DNA of 64,000 nt from assembly GCA_963756875.1 (NCBI GenBank), contig CAVWPA010000003.1:1504001-1568000 (forward strand), written 5' to 3'. A program made the translations under genes and the position numbers. Source of the stretch: an uncultured Verrucomicrobiae bacterium (GTDB taxonomy: Bacteria > Verrucomicrobiota > Verrucomicrobiia > Chthoniobacterales > UBA10450). The notes under the pieces were generated by a model that saw only the letters and a list, made by a program, of their open reading frames with translations, had not been told where the DNA came from and ran no database searches. Position 1 is the first letter of the stretch. Every line of letters starts with the position of its first letter. Of the stretch, positions 59,020 to 64,000 are shown one piece after another.

Positions 59020-59502
59020 ATGCAGATCACCGTCGGAATCATTACGATCTCGGACAGGGCCAGCGCGGGCGAATATAAGGACCTTGGCGGGCCGGCATTA
59101 AAAAAAGCGGCGGAAGATTTGGGCTGGCAGGTACTGGCGGAAGCGATTGTGCCTGACAACCTGCAACGCATTCAGGATGCAGTCCGTTCGTTTGCCAAAC
59201 AGGGCTGCGGTTTGATCCTGACGACCGGGGGGACCGGGATCAGCCCGCGCGACGTTACACCGGAAGCCATCCGCGCTGTCATGCGCGTGGAATTACCGGG
59301 GTTTGGCGAGGTGATGCGTGCCGAGTCGATGAAAATCACGCCGAACGCGATTCTTTCGCGCAATCTTGCGGCGGTTGTCGATGGCGCGGTGGTCATCGCA
59401 CTTCCGGGCAAACCGAGCGGCGCGGTGGAATGTCTCGGCTTTGTGACGGGCGCCATTCCGCATGCGGTCGCAGTGGCACAGGGAACGCCGACCTCGTGTT
59501 GA
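59020..59502 (+). CDS. mog: Molybdopterin adenylyltransferase (Mog/MoaB family)
   Basis: ITISDRAS.G.Y.D..G, TTGGTG.SPRDVTPEA, LPGKP. Confidence 0.9.
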   Translation: MQITVGIITISDRASAGEYKDLGGPALKKAAEDLGWQVLAEAIVPDNLQRIQDAVRSFAKQGCGLILTTGGTGISPRDVTPEAIRAVMRVELPGFGEVMRAESMKITPNAILSRNLAAVVDGAVVIALPGKPSGAVECLGFVTGAIPHAVAVAQGTPTSC

Positions 59503-59559
59503 GTGGCAGGGTCGGCGCGCTGCGCCGACCGGACGCCGCAGCGCGGCGTCCCTGCCTTT

Positions 59560-60603
59560 TCAATCCGGGTAAACGAGAAGACGCATTGTTTTCTGGCCGT
59601 GCTCGGACAGATGCGCCCGTTTTCCCCGACCGGCGATTTCGTCGTGTGTCAGGTGAGAGCAATCGATCTTGGTTTTGTTTACGTAGGTGAGGCGCGGCTC
59701 CGAAACCGGCTCGTCGCTCGGTTCGATTTTTAGCGGCAATCCCGAGCGGGCGAAAGAGACTTCCCACGAGACTGTTTTTTTGTCCGCGCTGCCTTTTACC
59801 ATCCAGGGATAACGTTTCGGCAACTCGAAGTAGCCCGATCTGGGCACGGTCACTTTATAAAATGTTTCTTCGGCATCGAGGAATTGCGGAATGGTGAGGG
59901 AAGGATTTCTGCGCAGCTCGAGATAAAGCCGCGCGATGTCCAGGCCGTCGAGATTGATTCCATTGTAAATGCCGTGGTAGTTCGGTTCTTTCGGATAGAA
60001 ATGGTCGTACCACGCCTGGAAATGATCACTGATCATCAGGTTCAATTCGAGATGGACGTGTGCGCGTGCCTGATTAATTCCCGTCCCGGTATGGCCCATT
60101 ACTGCGATATGTTCGCCGCGCTGCACGCTCTGGCCGGTCTGAACGTCGATGGCGCTGAGGTGCCCGTACAGGCTGTAGTAGGGCGAGCCGCCCCAGCGAT
60201 GTTCGATGACGATATATCTTCCGTAGTTTGAATGTCCCGCAATGGCGCTGGTGTAAACGACGCGCCCGTCAGCGATGGCGCGGACTTCATCGAGTGGTTC
60301 GCCGCGGTCGCTGCGATGGAGACAGCGAATGTCGATGCCTTCGTGAAAGCGGGTATAGACAATGCCGATGGCGGTCTGCATCGGATCGCGAACGAACCCG
60401 TATTGGCCGCCCTCCCATGGTGTCGATTTCACACCTTTATAATCGCGCTCGATGTATTGATAAAATGCAGGGCCGCCGCCGTGAAAAAGCGCGTCGTTAT
60501 CAGTCGGCAAGCTGAGCTCGATGACATCCCCTTGCGCAAACATGACGGTGCTCGAGCAGAGAAACAGCGCAAGCGCAGCGGCGGACCACAGGGGAATCTT
60601 CAT
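59560..60603 (-). CDS. M23-family metallopeptidase
   Basis: HEGID, YGRYIVIEH, YGHL, HVHLE; signal peptide. Confidence 0.88.
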   Translation of the reverse strand: MKIPLWSAAALALFLCSSTVMFAQGDVIELSLPTDNDALFHGGGPAFYQYIERDYKGVKSTPWEGGQYGFVRDPMQTAIGIVYTRFHEGIDIRCLHRSDRGEPLDEVRAIADGRVVYTSAIAGHSNYGRYIVIEHRWGGSPYYSLYGHLSAIDVQTGQSVQRGEHIAVMGHTGTGINQARAHVHLELNLMISDHFQAWYDHFYPKEPNYHGIYNGINLDGLDIARLYLELRRNPSLTIPQFLDAEETFYKVTVPRSGYFELPKRYPWMVKGSADKKTVSWEVSFARSGLPLKIEPSDEPVSEPRLTYVNKTKIDCSHLTHDEIAGRGKRAHLSEHGQKTMRLLVYPD

Positions 60604-60779
60604 TTTATTCCGGGGAGCACAGGCTGCCAGCCTGTAGTTCGCGGCAGCCTGCCGCGAACAATGGTCGTGTTCGCAGGCCCGGAATCGGCAGCAAAGCATG
60701 CGTTTGGCAAGGCTGCCAAACGTTACAGGCTGGCAGCCTGTGCTCCCCAGAAACAGATCAGAACGCATCAAGTCCAGGG

Positions 60780-61259
60780 TTACCGTTTCTTTTTTTGGCC
60801 GATCACGCGCCAGTCTTTCTTCATCGAATCGATGTCGGCTTTTGTGAGTCCGGATTCGACATAGATTTTGCCGTCGGACACGCGCCGGTCGATTTGCAAT
60901 TCACTCACGGGGCGTCCATTGATAAAAACAAAAAGCAGGCGACCCCGCTTCTCGATGCTTAGTGTATCGAGAGCCAGAGTGCCGTGTTGATCAAGTTGAA
61001 CCAGCGCGCCGTAAGTCCCATTTGCCGCCGAGTACGGATAAAACGCCGCCACGTCGTGTTCCGTAATGCGGGGCACTCTTTCGATCGCGACCTCCTGTCC
61101 CGAGAACCGGGCGTGGACCGACGTGGCAAAGGCCGCCGTGTCGTTGGCGTTGGCTTCCACGTGCACGCGAAACATGCAATGGCGGCCTTTTGCGGTGACG
61201 TAGGTGACGCAGGTGACGGCGAGGAAAGCGAGGAACGCGCTCGTGCAAGCTGTTTTCAT
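60780..61259 (-). CDS. Hypothetical exported protein
   Basis: Signal peptide followed by a globular domain. Confidence 0.72.
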   Translation of the reverse strand: MKTACTSAFLAFLAVTCVTYVTAKGRHCMFRVHVEANANDTAAFATSVHARFSGQEVAIERVPRITEHDVAAFYPYSAANGTYGALVQLDQHGTLALDTLSIEKRGRLLFVFINGRPVSELQIDRRVSDGKIYVESGLTKADIDSMKKDWRVIGQKKKR

Positions 61260-61328
61260 GGTCGATTGATAAAGAGTTTGACACAAATCTTGCAACCCCG
61301 AAAGGTTTCGGGGCTGTTTAACCCGCGC

Positions 61329-61871
61329 ATGATCCGAAGCGTTGCCTTCCTTATTTTGATGGTCGCGATTGCGGCGCAGGCGTGTGCGCAGGAGCCGCCG
61401 TTGATGCCGACGCCCACGCCGGCGAAACGAAGCTGGTTTCACCGGATTCTGCATCCATTCTCTTCTTCCGGTCCGCAGCTTCCACGCTATAAAAATCCCA
61501 AGTTGCGAGGCCTTACACTTGAGGTGCAGGTCTCGCCGCAGCCGTTAAAACTTTCCGAGGTCCGGCAGCTTAACGTCAAGGCGATTCTGAAAAGTGACGC
61601 AAAAGGCCCCATCACGCTCGATTTTCCGACCGATCAGCGCATTGAGATTTATTTGATGGACTCGGAGGGAAAGATCCTTACCAAATGGTCCGACAACCAT
61701 GCCTTCAGCGAGACGCCGGGCATCGTCACGATTAATCCCCAGGAACACGTCGAATACGATGACACCATCGCGACGCGCGATCTGACTCCGAACAAGGTTT
61801 TTATCGCGGCAGTTTCCTTTCCAAAGTATCCTGACTTAAAGGCGCATCAGAAATTCATGACCGCGCCGTGA
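61329..61871 (+). CDS. Exported protein with BsuPI-like domain
   Basis: TLDFPTDQRIEI ... KWSD..AF pattern. Confidence 0.7.
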   Translation: MIRSVAFLILMVAIAAQACAQEPPLMPTPTPAKRSWFHRILHPFSSSGPQLPRYKNPKLRGLTLEVQVSPQPLKLSEVRQLNVKAILKSDAKGPITLDFPTDQRIEIYLMDSEGKILTKWSDNHAFSETPGIVTINPQEHVEYDDTIATRDLTPNKVFIAAVSFPKYPDLKAHQKFMTAP

Positions 61872-61901
61872 GGGAAGTTGATAGTTGGTAGTTGATTGTT
61901 G

Positions 61902-62726
61902 ATGGTCTCGAATGTGTCTCTCTCTCAACTCTCAACTATAAACTATCAACTCTTCTCGGATTACCACACTCATCCGCAGGGGAATGGGGTCCAGGCGTAC
62001 TCGCAGGAACTTTTGCAACCATGGGCCGACAGCGCCCGGCGGCATGGCCTGCGCGATATCGCATTTACGGATCACGACCGGTTTCATGCGGGAGTCGATT
62101 TCGACGAAATCGACCGGCTTGGTGAAAAGAACAGCGATCTCAGGATCCGGGGCGGGATTGAGCTTGATAACGACCCGAAAAGTTCGGCGGCGGGACGTGG
62201 ATGGGTTGAGAAGAATTGGGACAAACTCGATTTCGTTCTCGGTTCGGTGCATTACCTCGGGCACCCGACCCAGATGTTCGACGAAGTTCCGGCGGGCGCG
62301 GGGCAATTCGCCGATCGCGATATCGACGAGATTTATGCGGATTATTTTCGTCGGGTCCGCGAAATTGCGGCCAGCGGCCTGGTTGATTGCCTCGCGCATT
62401 TCGACCTGATCAAAATTCACGGTCACCGCCCGGATTCGAACCTTCGGATGCTGGTCGATGAGACGCTCGATTTCATTCGCGCGCGCGATCTGTCGATCGA
62501 ACTTTCCACAGCGGGCTGGCGCAAGCCGGTCAACGAACTTTATCCGTCGGACGAAATTATCCGGCTTGCGATGGAGAAGGGGATTTCGTTTACGACTGCT
62601 TCGGATGCACATTCGCATGCGCAGCTGGGCGACAAATTCGAACGGTTGGCGCAGAAGATGGCGGCTTTAGGCGTGCGTGAGGTCTGCGTTTACGAAAAGC
62701 ACAAGCGGGAAATTCGACAACTGTAG
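61902..62726 (+). CDS. Histidinol-phosphatase HisJ-like PHP hydrolase
   Basis: DYHTH, FTDH, LGSVH, AHFDLIK, SDAH; exact start uncertain. Confidence 0.85.
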   Translation: MVSNVSLSQLSTINYQLFSDYHTHPQGNGVQAYSQELLQPWADSARRHGLRDIAFTDHDRFHAGVDFDEIDRLGEKNSDLRIRGGIELDNDPKSSAAGRGWVEKNWDKLDFVLGSVHYLGHPTQMFDEVPAGAGQFADRDIDEIYADYFRRVREIAASGLVDCLAHFDLIKIHGHRPDSNLRMLVDETLDFIRARDLSIELSTAGWRKPVNELYPSDEIIRLAMEKGISFTTASDAHSHAQLGDKFERLAQKMAALGVREVCVYEKHKREIRQL

Positions 62727-62778
62727 AGGCGGCCGTGTCGGCCGCATTCCCGTGGAAAAGCAGGCGAAACGCCTGCCA

Positions 62779-63075
62779 CTACAATCCCAGGCCGCCGGTG
62801 ATCTTTGTCATTTCCGAATGAGCGAGCGCTTTGCCTTGCTCGATTGCCTGTTTTACGCCGCTCAGGATCATTTCCTCGAGGAATTCCACATCGTTCGGGT
62901 CGACAATTTCCTTGTCGATTTTGATTGAGATCACATCGCCGGCGCCGTTCGCGACTACTTTGACTTTTCCTCCGCCGGCGGCCACTTCCACGGTTTTCTC
63001 TTCGAGATCAGCCTGGGTTTTGGCCATCTGCTCCTGCATCTTCTGCGCCTGCTTCATTAACTTGTTCAAGTTCAT
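62779..63075 (-). CDS. ybaB: YbaB/EbfC nucleoid-associated protein
   Basis: LMKQAQKMQ, AGGG.VKV, DP.DVE.LE; directly downstream of dnaX. Confidence 0.95.
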   Translation of the reverse strand: MNLNKLMKQAQKMQEQMAKTQADLEEKTVEVAAGGGKVKVVANGAGDVISIKIDKEIVDPNDVEFLEEMILSGVKQAIEQGKALAHSEMTKITGGLGL

Positions 63076-63092
63076 AGGTTTTAGATGGTTCC

Positions 63093-64000
63093 CTAGGATT
63101 TGATCTGACCCTTGAAAATTTGGAGCGCTTCCTGGATGAGGGGATCGTTCTTGAATTCGTCCTTGTGCTTCGACGGCTCCGATTGCGCGCTCCGATCTGG
63201 CAGTCCCTCTTTTGCGCTAAACTTTACCGTCCAATCGCGCCCGCTGACTTCGCCAAGCAACGTCTCGAGCTGGCGGCGATTGCTGGCCGTGGCGAGTGTT
63301 TCAATCGCCGACTTTTGGGGTGGCGGATATCCCAACGTGAAATTGCGGCCATCGGTCCCGATCGGCGTGACTGACTCGCTCAATGTTCGCAGAAATCCTC
63401 TCGCCGGAATTTTAGCCAGGACTTTTTGCCAGAGGTCGTTGGCATCGACGGCATCGGGCGGCGGTGGCACCTCTGCTACACGCGGCGCTGTTTTGTTTTT
63501 ACTGTGGCCTGGGTCGCTGGCCTCGGGACCGCGGTCACCGACCGCGGCTACAGGGGCGGTCTTGCGGTCCGCAGTCTTTTGAGACGCAGGCGGCACGCCT
63601 GCCACTACAGAAGCAGCGGATTTCTTCGGTAAAGTCTCTTTCCCGTCGCGCAGCTCGCCGAGTTGTTTAATCACTTCGTCCAGCGTCGCCTGGCCAATGC
63701 TTTGGATCGCTTTGATGATCGCGACTTCAAAGTGCAATTTCTTGTTGGGCGCCCATTTCATTCGCCCTTCGGCTTGCGCGAATTGGTCAATCAGATCGAG
63801 CAACCGGTCGTTCTCGATCAGCTCGGCCTGCGCGGCGAGCGATTTCTGCGCCTCGGGATCGACATCTTCCTTCAACGCGTCCGGTTTGGCCTTGAAAACG
63901 AACAGATCGCGCAGGTACGAAATCAAGTCCGACATCAGCCTCATCATGTCCTTGCCGGCTTCGCATTGTTCGTAAAGCAGATCGAGCGCGCCGGAGGTAT
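63093..64000 (-). CDS. dnaX: DNA polymerase III gamma/tau, C-terminal part (partial)
   Basis: MKWAPNKKLHFEVA domain III end, linker, F.NDPLIQEAL.IF; synteny with ybaB. Confidence 0.88.
   Translation of the reverse strand, partial: TSGALDLLYEQCEAGKDMMRLMSDLISYLRDLFVFKAKPDALKEDVDPEAQKSLAAQAELIENDRLLDLIDQFAQAEGRMKWAPNKKLHFEVAIIKAIQSIGQATLDEVIKQLGELRDGKETLPKKSAASVVAGVPPASQKTADRKTAPVAAVGDRGPEASDPGHSKNKTAPRVAEVPPPPDAVDANDLWQKVLAKIPARGFLRTLSESVTPIGTDGRNFTLGYPPPQKSAIETLATASNRRQLETLLGEVSGRDWTVKFSAKEGLPDRSAQSEPSKHKDEFKNDPLIQEALQIFKGQIKS

Noticed and set aside
215..62618. Long antisense ORFs over housekeeping genes (e.g. 22088-23029, 48457-49266, 55346-56581)
   Set aside because: These are shadow ORFs expected from high-GC codon bias opposite well-supported genes.
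1..64000. tRNA, rRNA, prophage or autonomous transposase genes
   Set aside because: None recognised by eye. A tRNAscan, Rfam or ISfinder run would be needed to exclude them formally.

Overview
A GC-rich bacterial chromosome segment, probably Verrucomicrobiota (Chthoniobacterales-like; inferred from gene style only, not from a marker search). Housekeeping flanks (thrS, pcm, msbA-like and LPS glycosyltransferases; lepA, lepB, hpnD-like, ubiD-family, moaA, moaC, mog, ybaB, partial dnaX) enclose a ~24 kb integron. Its intI (44368-45393, minus strand) is transcribed in the same direction as its cassettes, with the putative attI just downstream of the stop codon. I count 28 two-armed attC sites plus about 5 decayed or half sites at the distal end. 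The most unusual signal is a ~160-bp structured, non-coding element inserted at the equivalent CG position inside four different attC sites, enlarging them to about 290-350 bp. A second, 24-bp micro-element is also found at a fixed attC position. Other oddities: the IntI-specific domain is out of frame through three compensating +1 insertions (possibly assembly error), a citrate synthase gene is fused to half-attC sites inside the array, and REP-like or heptamer-repeat hairpins are inserted in-frame in core genes. Coordinates were read by hand and may be off by a few bases. Protein family calls come from motif recognition, not database searches.
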